From positions 6,820,001-6,884,000 of the forward strand of contig NC_043026.1 in NCBI RefSeq assembly GCF_006345805.1: DNA of 64,000 bases. Direction: 5' to 3'. This DNA comes from Octopus sinensis. Lineage: Eukaryota. The position numbers and the translations under genes are program-made. Below the pieces are notes generated by a model, which saw nothing but the letters and a program-made list of their open reading frames with translations, ran no database searches and had not been told where the DNA came from. This document shows positions 52,334 through 61,629 of this stretch, one piece after another. How positions within the stretch are numbered: the first letter of the stretch is position 1; every line of letters starts with the position of its first letter.

Positions 52334-52930
52334 AGAGAGAGAGAGAGATTATACATTGAATTATGGAAGTCATTAAAATGTAAGACTACTGAATTAAGGA
52401 ATATTTTTCCTTCTATTTATCCGGCTTTATTTCGCATGGATCTTTTGGTCCTCCAAAGTCTTCTTGGTTGTATAAATCAATCTACCTTTTTGGGGCTGTA
52501 AATTTTAGCCAGAAAAATTCAATGTGAATGCCAGAAAATACATTATCCATTTCCCAGAAAGTTACGAAGAAACAAATTTGGATGGCTTGGGATGCACAGT
52601 TGTGTACCTATGGCATTTTATTTTGCTGAGGTGCCAAAGACTTGATGAACCCTGTAGATGTCATAGTGGTGTTTCAGTGGTGGTGGTCAAAGTGGTTGTC
52701 GGTCAGTGCTTAGTTACAACTGTGTCAATGTGTAATTGTTATGAAATGCGTTAAAACCCCCAAAACCGAATGAAACTCACCATCATCATCTGTGTGTAGC
52801 TTTCGTCTCATCTCTTCGAGTTTTTTCTGGTCCTTAGCGATGGATTTGTCTCTCTTCAGGGTCATTGTTTTTTCTTTTTCCTCTTCCGGCAGCTCGCGTA
52901 CCAAAGAGTATTCTTCATGATTTGTAATTC
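6727..52930 (-). CDS. TLN1: Talin (talin-1/2, Drosophila rhea orthologue), partial multi-exon CDS: 30 exons, FERM F1-F3, linker, rod R1-R7(part); 5' and 3' ends outside window
   Basis: The spliced minus-strand translation is collinear with human talin (e.g. [69 protein letters not shown]). All introns are GT-AG and exon phases are mutually compatible; 4127 nt in total. Confidence 0.98.
6930..7295 (-). mobile_element. 3' fragment of CR1/L2-like LINE (reverse transcriptase C-terminus)
   Basis: ORF ...[46 protein letters not shown], the typical TRGH...FF..RV...WN.LP motif; second copy at 38218-38572. Confidence 0.85.
7373..7495 (-). CDS. TLN1: Talin exon (R7)
   Basis: [41 protein letters not shown]; ctgcag/gtaaga. 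Confidence 0.97.
8437..8800 (-). mobile_element. SINE family A copy, reverse orientation
   Basis: Reverse complement of family A (ends ...cttaccacacagccactcct). Confidence 0.8.
9838..10082 (-). mobile_element. Retroposon family B (gtggcacgtaaaaagcacc motif; ccatgctagcatgg...(GAT)n tail)
   Basis: Shared with 21457, 25595, 28532, 31660, 34186, 40540, 48680 and 53238 copies; (GAT)n tail is typical of RTE-mobilised elements (inference). Confidence 0.75.
10903..11074. repeat. Degenerate inverted repeat (MITE-like)
   Basis: ttaaggc...ggtttcatgttaag ... cttaacatgaaacc...gccttaa. Confidence 0.65.
11196..11670. repeat. Direct tandem duplication of an about 205-bp unit separated by (AT)n
   Basis: cctacattgcttcatgtcaaac... 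at 11196 and 11463; one-base indel difference seen. Confidence 0.9.
11793..11935. repeat. Imperfect inverted repeat (MITE-like)
   Basis: ataatcaaaataagcaacaaggatatcc...ggatatccttgttgcttattttgattat. Confidence 0.75.
12305..12328 (-). CDS. TLN1: Candidate 24-nt alternative microexon of talin (TVSTKELQ) in R7
   Basis: Acceptor ttatttctcttctgtttccctgtacag, exon ACTGTCTCCACTAAGGAACTCCAG, donor gtaagt; phase 0/0, no stop, lies in a phase-0 intron; upstream array of branch-point-like motifs. Confidence 0.75.
13450..13976. mobile_element. Non-autonomous TcMar/pogo-like DNA element with TIRs
   Basis: TACCATAAATCCTCGAGTACAGTCCA at left vs reverse complement TACCATGAATCCTTGAGTATAATCCA at right; TA flanks; internal repeated gtataatacgcac motif. 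Confidence 0.6.
14043..14564 (-). CDS. TLN1: Talin exon (R6-R7), 522 nt
   Basis: [12 protein letters not shown]...[45 protein letters not shown]; acceptor cttcag, weak donor gtttat. Confidence 0.96.
15421..15540 (-). CDS. TLN1: Talin exon (R5-R6)
   Basis: [40 protein letters not shown]; ttgcag/gtcagt. Confidence 0.97.
15600..16110. repeat. 17-bp purine-rich minisatellite (GGAGAGAGGAAGAGACA variants)
   Basis: About 28 tandem units in the intron between exons at 15540 and 16332. Confidence 0.9.
16332..16559 (-). CDS. TLN1: Talin exon (R5)
   Basis: [29 protein letters not shown]...[12 protein letters not shown]; gaacag/gtaaca. Confidence 0.97.
17070..17153 (-). CDS. TLN1: Talin exon (R5)
   Basis: [28 protein letters not shown]; cttcag/gtaaga. 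Confidence 0.95.
18316..18727 (+). mobile_element. tRNA-derived SINE family A (aggagtggctgtgtggtaag head)
   Basis: A/B-box-like head, internal (TA/TG)n, (AAGAGTA)n tail; many near-identical copies in window. Confidence 0.85.
18763..18891 (-). CDS. TLN1: Talin exon (R5)
   Basis: [43 protein letters not shown]; ccctag/gtaagt. Confidence 0.95.
19010..19960. repeat. Large compound (CA/TA)n microsatellite, representative of many similar tracts in the window
   Basis: About 950 bp of AC/AT dinucleotides; source of the spurious YI/CV ORFs. Confidence 0.95.
20007..20141 (-). CDS. TLN1: Talin exon (R4)
   Basis: [45 protein letters not shown]; caacag/gtgagt. Confidence 0.95.
20403..20805 (+). mobile_element. 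SINE family A copy
   Basis: Same sequence as 18316-18727. Confidence 0.85.
21457..21702 (+). mobile_element. Retroposon family B copy
   Basis: Same sequence and (GAT)n tail. Confidence 0.75.
22039..22152 (-). CDS. TLN1: Talin exon (R4)
   Basis: [38 protein letters not shown]; ttccag/gtaaca. Confidence 0.95.
22773..22886 (-). CDS. TLN1: Talin exon (R4)
   Basis: [38 protein letters not shown]; tcccag/gtaacg. Confidence 0.94.
22955..23339 (+). mobile_element. Non-autonomous Helitron-like element, copy 1 of a head-to-tail pair
   Basis: 5' TC(TTTATATATAAAA), subterminal GC hairpin cccgagcaacaccggg, 3' CTAG. Confidence 0.7.
23340..23642 (+). mobile_element. Non-autonomous Helitron-like element, copy 2 (shorter internal region)
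   Basis: Starts directly after the CTAG of copy 1; same termini. Confidence 0.7.
23790..24243. repeat. Degenerate about 22-bp minisatellite (tacactgggctaacatc core)
   Basis: Recurrent gggctaaca motif at short period. Confidence 0.7.
24269..24397 (-). CDS. TLN1: Talin exon (R3-R4)
   Basis: [43 protein letters not shown]; cttcag/gtaaat. Confidence 0.96.
24523..24911 (+). mobile_element. SINE family A copy
   Basis: Same sequence as 18316-18727. Confidence 0.85.
25233..25364 (-). CDS. TLN1: Talin exon (R3)
   Basis: [44 protein letters not shown]; tttcag/gtaagc. Confidence 0.97.
25595..26376 (+). mobile_element. Retroposon family B copy with about 10 tandem 63-67 bp units
   Basis: gtggcac anchors at 25604, 25671, 25738, 25805, 25872, 25939, 26006, 26070, 26137, 26200. 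Confidence 0.8.
26434..26544 (-). CDS. TLN1: Talin exon (R3)
   Basis: [37 protein letters not shown]; ttccag/gtaacg. Confidence 0.96.
26606..27410. repeat. 70-bp minisatellite (about 4.5 copies) decaying into shorter related subunits
   Basis: agagggaccc anchors at 26631, 26701, 26771, 26841, 26911. Confidence 0.88.
27560..28150. repeat. Compound (GTA/GTG)n trinucleotide repeat with higher-order units
   Basis: Repeating gtagcagtagtgataatagtgtggtg blocks. Confidence 0.88.
28169..28282 (-). CDS. TLN1: Talin exon (R2)
   Basis: [38 protein letters not shown]; ttccag/gtcagt. Confidence 0.95.
28532..28920 (+). mobile_element. Retroposon family B copy with about 3 tandem units
   Basis: Same unit and tail. 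Confidence 0.78.
29373..29474 (-). CDS. TLN1: Talin exon (R2)
   Basis: [34 protein letters not shown]; tttcag/gtaaga. Confidence 0.96.
30300..30467 (-). CDS. TLN1: Talin exon (R2)
   Basis: [56 protein letters not shown]; atgcag/gtaaca. Confidence 0.97.
31056..31157 (-). CDS. TLN1: Talin exon (R1)
   Basis: [34 protein letters not shown]; tttcag/gtaagt. Confidence 0.93.
31290..31440 (-). CDS. TLN1: Talin exon (R1)
   Basis: [50 protein letters not shown]; tttcag/gtaagc. Confidence 0.95.
32110..32338 (+). mobile_element. SINE family C with a central segment resembling the MetaSINE domain
   Basis: tRNA-like head followed by gcc(t/a)ttcatcctttcggggtcgataaattaagtacc; other copies at 49345-49690 and 63440-63668 (+), 16690, 20835, 36790, 37800-38190 and 40690-41055 (-). 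Confidence 0.72.
32419..32576 (-). CDS. TLN1: Talin exon (R1)
   Basis: [52 protein letters not shown](I); ctccag/gtgagt. Confidence 0.95.
32897..33173 (+). mobile_element. 3' fragment of RTE-clade LINE (C-terminal zinc-finger region)
   Basis: Translates [34 protein letters not shown]...[23 protein letters not shown]. Confidence 0.75.
33838..33978 (-). CDS. TLN1: Talin exon (linker-R1)
   Basis: [47 protein letters not shown]; tttcag/gtaagt. Confidence 0.93.
34186..34710 (+). mobile_element. Retroposon family B variant (ccattcgagcgtgatcgtt units); related copies 31660-31942 and 53238-53467
   Basis: Shared sequence and (GAT)n tail. Confidence 0.72.
34718..35396 (-). mobile_element. Internally deleted mariner (Tc1/mariner) transposon relic
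   Basis: TIR-like taCATTAGGTCTGATCAAAAAGTATCAGGA near 35367-35396; transposase remnants DENF..V.TG/..WVYGYDP and RFQDIE...FQKCF.QWK.GW.KC...KGDY. Confidence 0.75.
35464..35644 (-). CDS. TLN1: Talin exon (divergent linker)
   Basis: [60 protein letters not shown]; cf. human GSVALPAIMR; phase 2/0 fits neighbours; cctcag/gtgagc. Confidence 0.88.
35745..36028 (-). mobile_element. SINE family A copy, reverse orientation, internal deletions
   Basis: Reverse complement of family A. Confidence 0.8.
36270..36725 (+). mobile_element. Interspersed repeat family E copy
   Basis: Similarity to 3697-4152. Confidence 0.7.
37061..37367 (+). mobile_element. Non-autonomous Helitron-like element, copy 3
   Basis: Same sequence as 23340-23642; terminus mutated to CAAG. 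Confidence 0.65.
37399..37475 (-). CDS. TLN1: Talin exon (head-rod linker)
   Basis: [25 protein letters not shown](Q), cf. human KKSKDHFGLEGDEESTMLEDSVSP; ttacag/gtaagt. Confidence 0.95.
37800..38190 (-). mobile_element. Two tandem SINE family C copies, reverse orientation
   Basis: Repeated gtcgatt.catcgaccccagtg...ggatgaaagg.caa.gttgacctc. Confidence 0.7.
38218..38572 (-). mobile_element. 3' fragment of CR1/L2-like LINE, same family as 6930-7295
   Basis: [40 protein letters not shown]; shared tail tgtac(ac)agtgctcaggtgcac. Confidence 0.85.
38722..38823 (-). CDS. TLN1: Talin exon (F3 C-terminus)
   Basis: [34 protein letters not shown]; ttgcag/gtaagt. Confidence 0.97.
38977..39042 (-). CDS. 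TLN1: Talin exon (F3)
   Basis: [22 protein letters not shown]; ccacag/gtaagt. Confidence 0.95.
41093..41182 (-). CDS. TLN1: Talin exon (F3)
   Basis: [30 protein letters not shown], nearly identical to vertebrate F3; tttcag/gtacat. Confidence 0.97.
42053..42157 (-). CDS. TLN1: Talin exon (F2-F3)
   Basis: [35 protein letters not shown]; ttccag/gtgagt. Confidence 0.96.
45045..45482 (+). mobile_element. SINE family A copy (diverged, with short family-B tail insert)
   Basis: Similarity to 18316-18727. Confidence 0.75.
46335..46675 (-). mobile_element. SINE family A copy, reverse orientation
   Basis: Reverse complement of family A. Confidence 0.75.
48277..48340 (-). CDS. TLN1: Talin exon (F2)
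   Basis: [21 protein letters not shown]; caccag/gtgagt; phase 2/0. Confidence 0.95.
48940..49125. repeat. Inverted repeat, about 86-bp arms, 14-nt loop (MITE-like)
   Basis: Termini TAACCCTTAAGGGTT; loop atgagtatttgcaa. Confidence 0.85.
50414..50541 (-). CDS. TLN1: Talin exon (F2)
   Basis: [42 protein letters not shown](E); tttcag/gtgagt; missed by the ORF track. Confidence 0.96.
50688..51165 (+). mobile_element. SINE family A copy
   Basis: Same sequence as 18316-18727. Confidence 0.85.
51699..51841 (-). CDS. TLN1: Talin exon (F1-F2)
   Basis: [48 protein letters not shown]; tttcag/gtaggt. Confidence 0.97.
51980..52181. repeat. Inverted repeat, about 100-bp arms (MITE-like)
   Basis: ...aaaaatctccca ttgtc tgggagattttt...; partial relatives near 42290, 44090, 45550. 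Confidence 0.8.
52781..52930 (-). CDS. TLN1: Talin exon (F1 and F1 loop)
   Basis: (G)[49 protein letters not shown]; acceptor ctgcag, donor gtgagt; phase 1/1. Confidence 0.96.
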
Positions 52931-54174
52931 CTGCAGAACAAAGAAAAGAGAAGAGACACCATAAGAAAAAGCAAAATGACGGAGTGCGGGGACAAAAAGG
53001 GAAAGAAGATAAAGATGGTTAAACACTGAAGCAAAATATATGCAGGGCTTAATGAGCGGGGCTTGTGGGACATGCTGGAAATAAATGCCAAATGCCCAGC
53101 CCATTAAAGTATGTTCTGCCATAACCATTTGGAATCGACCTATTTGAATATGCCTCTGGTTCTGGGATACAAAGTGACTGAAACTAAAATCTTTCACCAA
53201 ATAAAGATTAAGAAGCTTTGAGAAACACGGTATGTAAAAGGGCACCATTCGAGCGTGATCGTTACCAGCATCACCTTACTGGCACCTGTGCCAGTGGCAT
53301 GTGTAAAAAGATTTGAGTGAGGTCATTGCCAGTACTGCCTAACTGGAAGGACATCCAGCTGTAGAAACTCTGCCAGATCAAGATTGGAGCCTGGTGCAGT
53401 CCTCAGTCAAAATCGTCCAACCCATGCTAGCATGGAAAGCAGACATTAAACGATGATGATAATGATGAAAGAATTTGTTTCTTTTTAACGATGAAACTCA
53501 AAGGAGATGAAGCTACAAAAAACAGCAGGTAAATATTGGGTTACAAAACCTCTTGGATAAAAGGAAGACTGGCTTTTTGTTGAAATTCCAAAAGAATTTT
53601 TAATCTAAGATCTTCACCCTATTATTTAGAACTTTATTCAAGTGCTATTTAAAAAAAAGAAAATTAAAACCATCCATCAAGATTTTATTTTAATTTATGC
53701 TACAAACACCAGATTAATAAGGATAGAGTTATTCTACTAAATTCTTCATCATTTTGGAAATTAATTAAAACAAAGGCAGGTGATTTCAACACAAATAGGG
53801 TAACAAAAGGGTTAAAAGGATCTAATTAAAAACCTTCTCTCAAAATTTCATCTTAATTTATCTTAAAGGTTCATTAACAAAAAGGTTAAATATCTACTTT
53901 ACCAGGACTAAACTGGGGTTAACCCTTTTGATACCAATCCACCAGAGACCACCACTCCTGGTTCTATGATATAAATTTCCTATTTTAATGTGATCTAAAT
54001 AAAAAACTTCTATCAAAAATTCCATGTTAATCTATGATCCAAACAACGGATTAATAATGACAAATTTATTTGACTGAATTCTTCGTTATTTCTAAAACTA
54101 ATTGAACCAAAGGCTCTGCATTTTAGCAGAAATAGGGTAACAGAGAAACAAAGCACAAAAAAATCATAAATTAG

Positions 54175-54540
54175 ATAATGTAGCCCTAGAGACACTGTGT
54201 CTGGATAGAAGATGGGATGGTCATGGTTGGAACATCCTTGATCCTAGACCTGTTGGATCAGGGCTGACCTAAGGCTAAACAACAAGGAGGGGGCACATTA
54301 AATGATGTAGCCCCAGATAGACCATGTCTGAATAAAAGATGGGATGGTCATGGTTGGAACAACTTTGATCCTAGGTCTGTTGGATCAGGGCTGACCTAAG
54401 GCTAAGCAACAAGGAGGGACACATTAAATGACGTAGCCCCAGATAGACTATGTCTGAATAAAAGGTGGGATGGTCATGGTGAGGGCAGCCGTGATCATTT
54501 GTCTGCTGCTGCATCAGGACTGACCTTGGGCTAAATAGCA
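54175..54540. repeat. 126-bp tandem repeat (about 3 copies); inverted relatives at 12577-12830 and 46015-46170
   Basis: gatgtagccc anchors at about 54178, 54304, 54430. Confidence 0.8.
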
Positions 54541-55137
54541 AAATGTGTTCTCATAAACACCCCTGCAATAACCCACACATACAGACTGGTAGATAACACA
54601 CACAAACACTTGTACATACATGTACACACACACACTATTACCACCTCTTCCTTTCCCTCTCTTTACCAAATACCACCCTTATGAACAGAGAGGGAGGAAG
54701 GTGTGTGTGTGTGTGAAGAAAGAGAACAGGGGAAGGAGGTGGTAAAAAGTCAAGGGGGAGGGGGAAGAGAGAGAATGGGGAGTGAGTGAAGAAGAGAGGA
54801 ACAGTGAGAAAGAGGGAGGGGGAAAGGGAAAAGGGAGAAAGAGAAAAAGGAGGGAGACCCCCCCATACAAAGATGGGGGAAGAGAGAAGGAAAGGGGTAG
54901 GGAATTAGGAGTGGGAATCTGGGGGTGGGGTGAAGGTGGGAGAGGGTGGATGTGGGGGATGCCAGGAAAAAAGAGAGAGTGCTTGTGATGGGAGGGAACG
55001 ATCATCACTCTTCCTCCCATGACGATCACCACCACATCAACAGTAACAATTAGAATGTTATCAACAGAGATTGAGACAAAATGGTGATTACCCCCCTCAA
55101 CACACACACAAACACTACATATGTGTGAGTGTGTGTG

Positions 55138-55186
<49 letters not shown>

Positions 55187-55289
55187 TATACACACAATAT
55201 ATATATGTAGAGATATACACACTTATATACACATTCATATGTAGTTACACACACACACATATAGGTATCTATCTCTACATCTATCTATC

Positions 55290-55320
<31 letters not shown>

Positions 55321-55419
55321 CTACATACGCATACATATCTACACATCACACACATACCTACGCATCTTACACACACACATATCTACACATCATACAAACA
55401 TACACATACATATCTACAT

Positions 55420-55455
<36 letters not shown>

Positions 55456-56141
55456 GCACATACACACACAAGCACAGCTAGATAAGGCTGGTTTATATGC
55501 AAATGGGTTTAAAACAGGACACAGAGATGGTGCTCCAGTATGGTCTGGATCTAATATGCCCAATTTCACACACACACAACATGAAATTAATTTTCCAAAG
55601 CCCCTCCCATCGACCTAAAACCACCACCACCACCACCACAGGAGCCCTGATCCCCCACTCCCACCTCCCTACCAAAATTAATTACATTTAATTAATGCCA
55701 TGGCAGGCAGCCCATTGCCAAAACGGGAGGAACCTTCCTTCCTTTGTTACCAACAGCAAAATAGATCTAAGTCAACCGACACACAGATAGCAATGAAGCA
55801 CACACACACACATATACGTGCATGTGTGTATACATATATACACGTCTTTTATCTTTTACTTGTTTCAGGCATTGGACTGCGGCCATGCTGGGGCACTACC
55901 TTCAACTATTTTAGTTGACAAATTGACCCCCATCCCCAATACTTTATTCTTTTTTTAAAGCCTGGTACTTACTATATCGGTTTCTTTTGTTGAACCACTA
56001 GGAGGTTATGGGGATATAAACACACCAACATCATCATTGTTCGACCGTGGTTGAGACAATGGAATTTACCATGCTACGCCAGACTTCACGGTCCATCATG
56101 GCATTACACACCAACACTAGCTGTGATGGGGGAATTCCCTT

Positions 56142-56247
56142 CCATATCAGCTAACTCTGATGAGCGTAAAGTTATATAATCGGTTTGTTACCTAATACAG
56201 CATTGTATTCTTTATGCGAAACCAATTGATAAGACCAGCTGCGATGG
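56142..56247 (+). ncRNA. Type I hammerhead ribozyme-like motif (probably repeat/Penelope-associated; one mismatch in stem III)
   Basis: CTGATGA 56157-63; stem II GCGTAAAG/CTTTATGC (8 bp); GAAA 56218-21; stem III CC-AATT-GA; TA cleavage site 56230-31; stem I CT/AG + CAGCT/AGCTG + CCAT/ATGG. Confidence 0.72.
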
Positions 56248-56271
56248 CTATTCAATACTATACATTTCAGG

Positions 56272-56309
<38 letters not shown>

Positions 56310-57340
56310 GCATAGTGGTTAGGGTGTTGCACTCATGATTGTGAGATTGTGGGTTCGATTCCCAGACCAGGTCCCGCGTTGTGTTCTTGAGCAAAGCACT
56401 TCATTTCACGTTGCTCTGCAATCATTTCGACACCTGACATGTGGCACCCTGTTGCACCTGTACAGGTAATGTTGATTTGATGGAGGGAGTGAGCTTATGT
56501 CTACATACAAACGACTTGATCCCTATAAACAAGTCATCTGTGTGGTAGTTCAGTGCTTCTTTCAGTTTCCTTTGGACAAATCCACTCACAAGGATTTGGC
56601 TGGCCAGAGGCTACAGTAGAATGCATTTGCCCAACGGGGGCCACACAGCGGGGCTGGACCCCAAACAATATGGCTACTACATCGTATATAAATGTGTGAG
56701 TGTGCGTTTTTTTTCCAGTGCTTGCAATAGCCAGTTATTTTGGTTAAACCATCGTATCTCCATCTGCTTCAGATGCAAAAAATATCAAAAACTGTCAAAG
56801 TGTAGGACAATGGTTTTGCTATGGAATGGTGAAACTATTTTTCCGTTTACTGAAAAAAAGCAACGTTTTGGACTTACGAGACTTTTGCAGAATAGCAATC
56901 GTACATATATATTTATAAATAGTCAATGTGAGGATGTTTTATCCTCATCAGGTATCATTATATCCAAAATTTCACTGGTTTAACCCTTTCATTACCAACC
57001 CGGCTGAAACCGGCTCTGGCTCTGTTGTACAAATGTCTTGTTTTCATAAGTCTTGAATTAAAATCTTCCACCAAACCTTAGTCACAATTTATGTTCCTAA
57101 CACTAGCTGAATGATAACGAAGTTATTTTACTAAATTCTTTGTTATATTTAAGATTAATTGAAAGAAACACAGAGCATCTCAAAATAAATACAGTAATGA
57201 AAGGGTTAATTGCTAACACCATTGAGGAAAATCTCTTTGATATATATGGGATTATCATAAGTATAAATATGATTAAAGAAGCAGAATGGAGACTTGGTAA
57301 GCATGGGAAATTAATTTATTAACATACTGCCAAAACAAAG

Positions 57341-57378
<38 letters not shown>

Positions 57379-57533
57379 CACACACACAACTCTGTAGACA
57401 GGAGGAATGTGAAACGTCTGGTCTAGGAATTGAAACTGTGATTTTATGACCACAAGTCCAACATGCCTCCACCACACACAAACACACAGATATGTGTATG
57501 TATATATATATATATACACACACACATATGTAT

Positions 57534-57587
<54 letters not shown>

Positions 57588-58223
57588 TATGTATGTATGT
57601 ATGTATACACACACATGTATATACACATGCAGATGTACAGAGAGAGAAAGAGGGAGAGAGAGAAGAGACAGTCATTGGCCTAAATCTCTAGTCATAGCCC
57701 CTCCACCCTCTACAGAGACAGAGGACGCAGTGCAGTCGGTGGTAATTGGGCACCAATTTAATATAACCTTTATGATTAGATTCCACACGCTCCCTCCCCG
57801 CCCCACTTCAGTTCGGATCCTCCCTCCCCCCTCGACCCACACCCAACCCCACCCCACAGCATCAATTAGAGACTCCCAGCCCACACCCCACCCCTTACCC
57901 AGCATCCTTTCTTTCCCCGGGACTCCGTTCCTCGGTGAGTTTTTTTAAAGGTCACTCTTCCACATTCAGCACACACACACACACACACACATGTATATGC
58001 AGATATGCATATACATGTGTGTATATGCATAGAAGAGCATGTGTACGTGTATATATAACCAGCCCACCCACTTACAAGTACATACATCCACAAATGTCTT
58101 TTAGCTTTTAGTTGTTTCAGCCATTAGACTGTGGCCATGCTGGAGCACCTTTTTTTTTTATGTCTTAAGTCTGGTATTTATTCTGCCAAGCTGCTAAGTC
58201 ATATGGACATAAATACACCAACA

Positions 58224-58390
58224 CAGGCGCAGGAGTGGCTGTGTGGTAAGTAGCTTGCTAACCAACCACATGGTTCCGGGTTCAGTCCCACTGTGTGGCA
58301 CCTTGGGCAAGTGTCTTCTACTATAGCCCCGGGCCGACCAATGCCTTGTGAGTGGATTTGGTAGACGGAAACTGAAAGAAGCCTGTCGTA

Positions 58391-58445
<55 letters not shown>

Positions 58446-58632
58446 TTGTCCCCCTAGCATTGCTTGACAACCGATGCTGGTGTGTTTACGTCCCCGTCAC
58501 TTAGCGGTTTGGCAAAAGAGACCGATAGAATAAGTACTGGGCTTACAAAGAATAAGTCCCGGGATCGATTTGCTCGACTAAAGGCGGTGCTCCAGCATGG
58601 CCGTAGTCAAATGACTGAAACAAGTAAAAGAG
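58224..58632 (+). mobile_element. SINE family A copy
   Basis: Same sequence as 18316-18727. Confidence 0.85.
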
Positions 58633-59159
58633 AGAGTAACACTGGTTGTCAAGCAGTGGTGGAGACAAACACAGATTCACACACACACGATGGGCTTCTT
58701 TTCAGCTTCCATGTATCAAATCCATTCACAAGGATTTGATCGGCCCAAAGCTATAGAAGACACTATCTATCTATCTATATCACCATCATTGTTTAATGTC
58801 TGCTTTCTCAGTTTGATTGAGGGCTGGCAAGCCAGAAGGCTGCACCGGGCTCCAGTCTGATCTGGCAAGGTTTCTACAGCTGGATGCCCTTCCAAATGCC
58901 AACCACTCCGTGAATGTAGTGGGTACTTTTTACGTGCCACCAGCACAGGAGCCAGTCACACTTGAATAGTGCTTTTCACATGTCACCAGCATGGGAGCCA
59001 CTCAGGGCATACTGGCATTATGATGGGGTGCTGAAAGGTTCCTGGCTTTTAGAGTATCGGGAAAGGTCTGGTTGGAGGCCCAACCTTCCAGGTTCTTTTA
59101 GAGGGCTTAGAAAAACTGAAGGACCACTGCAATAAGTGTGTGAATCTGAGAGGGGAATA

Positions 59160-59581
59160 CTCTCTTTACTCTTTTACTTGTTTAAGTCATTTGACTGCGG
59201 CCATGCTAAAGCACCGCCTTTAATCGGAACTTATTCTTTTGTACGCCCAGTACTTATTCTATTGGTCTCTTTTGCCAAACCGCTAAGTAACGGGGACATA
59301 AACACACCAGCTTCGGTTGTCAAGCAATGCTAGGGGGACAAACACAGACACACAAACATATACACACACATACACATATATATACATATATACATATATA
59401 TATATTATATATATATATACGACAGGCTTTTTTCAGTTTCCGTCTACTAAATCCACTCACAAGGCTTTGGTCGGCCAGGGGCTATAGTAGAAGACACTTG
59501 CCCAAGGTGCCATGCAGTGGAACAGAACCCAAAACCAAGTGGTTGGTAAGAAAGCTACTAACCACACAGCCACTCCTGCGT
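59160..59581 (-). mobile_element. SINE family A copy, reverse orientation
   Basis: Reverse complement of family A. Confidence 0.82.
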
Positions 59582-61629
59582 CTATATTGAATAGAATCAT
59601 AATTAACTGATCCTCCTGGATTTTCTTTTACCCAAAGCCAGGGAATTTTCAGCACCCCTTCATATGCTTTCTTTAAAGGTTTCAAAAAAGGGTTTGTGTA
59701 GTCACAAGAATTTACAAACATCCTCTGAGCGTTATCCTTGTTGTCCTACATTGAACATGTAGAACACCCATAATGTAGCAACTGAAAGGTGAAAGGGTCA
59801 CATCAGCAATGCGTCTCTATTAATTTCATTGGTATCCAATCCACCAGAAAGAAAAAGGCCTTGTTAATCTCATGATAGTTGTAAATGAGTATCACCATCA
59901 TACAAGCAGTGTAGTTTGTTTCCAATATCCCATGGAAACATGTCTGGCCATGGAGGAAATATCACCTTGCTTGGAAACAGGTGAGGCTTGGTAACAGAAA
60001 GGGCATCCAACTGCAAAAAGTCATTGGCCTCAATCTTTAGTCATAGCCCCTTCACCCTCTACAGAGACAGAGGATGCAGTAGAGTCAATGAATTGTCTGA
60101 CCCATGCAAGCATGGACAAGTGGACATCAAAATTACACACACACACACACCATACATATATGGAGATTTGTACATGGTAAATAGACCCGCTAGAAATAAC
60201 AACCAAATCTTTCTCCAATCACACCTTATCTCCTTAAGCCTGCACAATGTAGTCCTAGATATGCCTCAATTAACTTTGAAACCAGCCATATCTGGCCCAA
60301 ACATTCTACCTGCTGTATGTCTGAACTAACCAGATCTGGCTTCTCCCACCTACCCTAAAATGTCCTTTAAACAAATAAATTACCACATCATTGAAAGCTC
60401 AAAGCTACAAGATTAATTAAAAAACAATGTGAATAAATAAGCATGCTAGAGGGTTAAACAAGGTAGTCATGGAAGGAATGTACCAAATTTAATGACTGGT
60501 GAATAAGGATTGATGTAGGAATAACAAAAAAAAAACAAAAAAAAAAGATCTAAAAAAACCCAACAACTACTACCATCATACCACTACATGACACCCCCAC
60601 CACTACTGCAACACAACAACATCACCAATGTCAGAATCCTACTACCATCACACCTCATTCCTATAACACACCAGTGTCACTACCACCACCACCACCATCA
60701 TTATCTCCCCACCATCACCATACCAACATCCTCACCATCACATGCAGGCTACCACCACACACCTCATTCCCACATCAAACCAGTATCACTCTCACCACCA
60801 CCACCACCACCACTGCAACATACCAATGCTCTTACCACCCTGCTCCTCCGACCCTACCACCACCACACACTATCCAATAATTCCTCAACAACAATATATT
60901 ATATTTCCCATCCAACAACAACAAAAAACAACACATGGTCCACACACACACACACACATTGGATATTAATTAGATTGTCTGTTGGGGAGATTAATTCTAC
61001 AGACATACTACTACTACTACTGCTGCTACTGCTTCTAACACCACAACTACTAATTCTATTGCTACATTACCAACACCACCTTTCCTATAACAGCTACTAC
61101 TACTACTACTACTACACAGCTGTCACTACTATGGTCTTACTACCACTACTACAACCACTACCAATACTACCACTACTAATACAACTACCACCACCACCAC
61201 CAATACTACTACTACTACAATATTAATCACCCCCATCTCCACCTGGGGCCTTGGATACCTTTAGTGGACCCTATTCTGTTTCAAGCAGTTTGGACAAATT
61301 TCTGGTGCAAAGATCCCGCTCACCCACTCTGTCCTTCCTACCAGTCTCAAAACCCCTGTTAAGGGCCATGGATGCTGTCAAACCCTCTGGCTAAAGGACA
61401 TAAAAATCTAACTGCAACCATCACAATATCAACTGCTGCCACCACTAGTTGCAAGCATCCTCAAAGGGCCCTATAAAGGGCTGCAAGCATTGCCTTCCCT
61501 CCTGACTAACAGAAAATCCTTACTCTTTGTGATGGTCCTTATTAACCCTTAAGCGTTTCGATTACTCAGTCAAATGTAATTCTTGTTTATTCACATCGTT
61601 TTCAATTAATTATTATTTTGTGATTTCGT

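Noticed and set aside
56925-56960. Minus-strand CTGATGAGGAT...ATCC hairpin
   Set aside because: It is followed by TCAC rather than GAAA, so it is not a hammerhead. As an exon, all frames close.
59482-59721. 79-aa ORF MFVNSCDYTNPF...
   Set aside because: It runs into a SINE, has no splice signals fitting talin and no recognisable homology; it may be a decayed transposon fragment.
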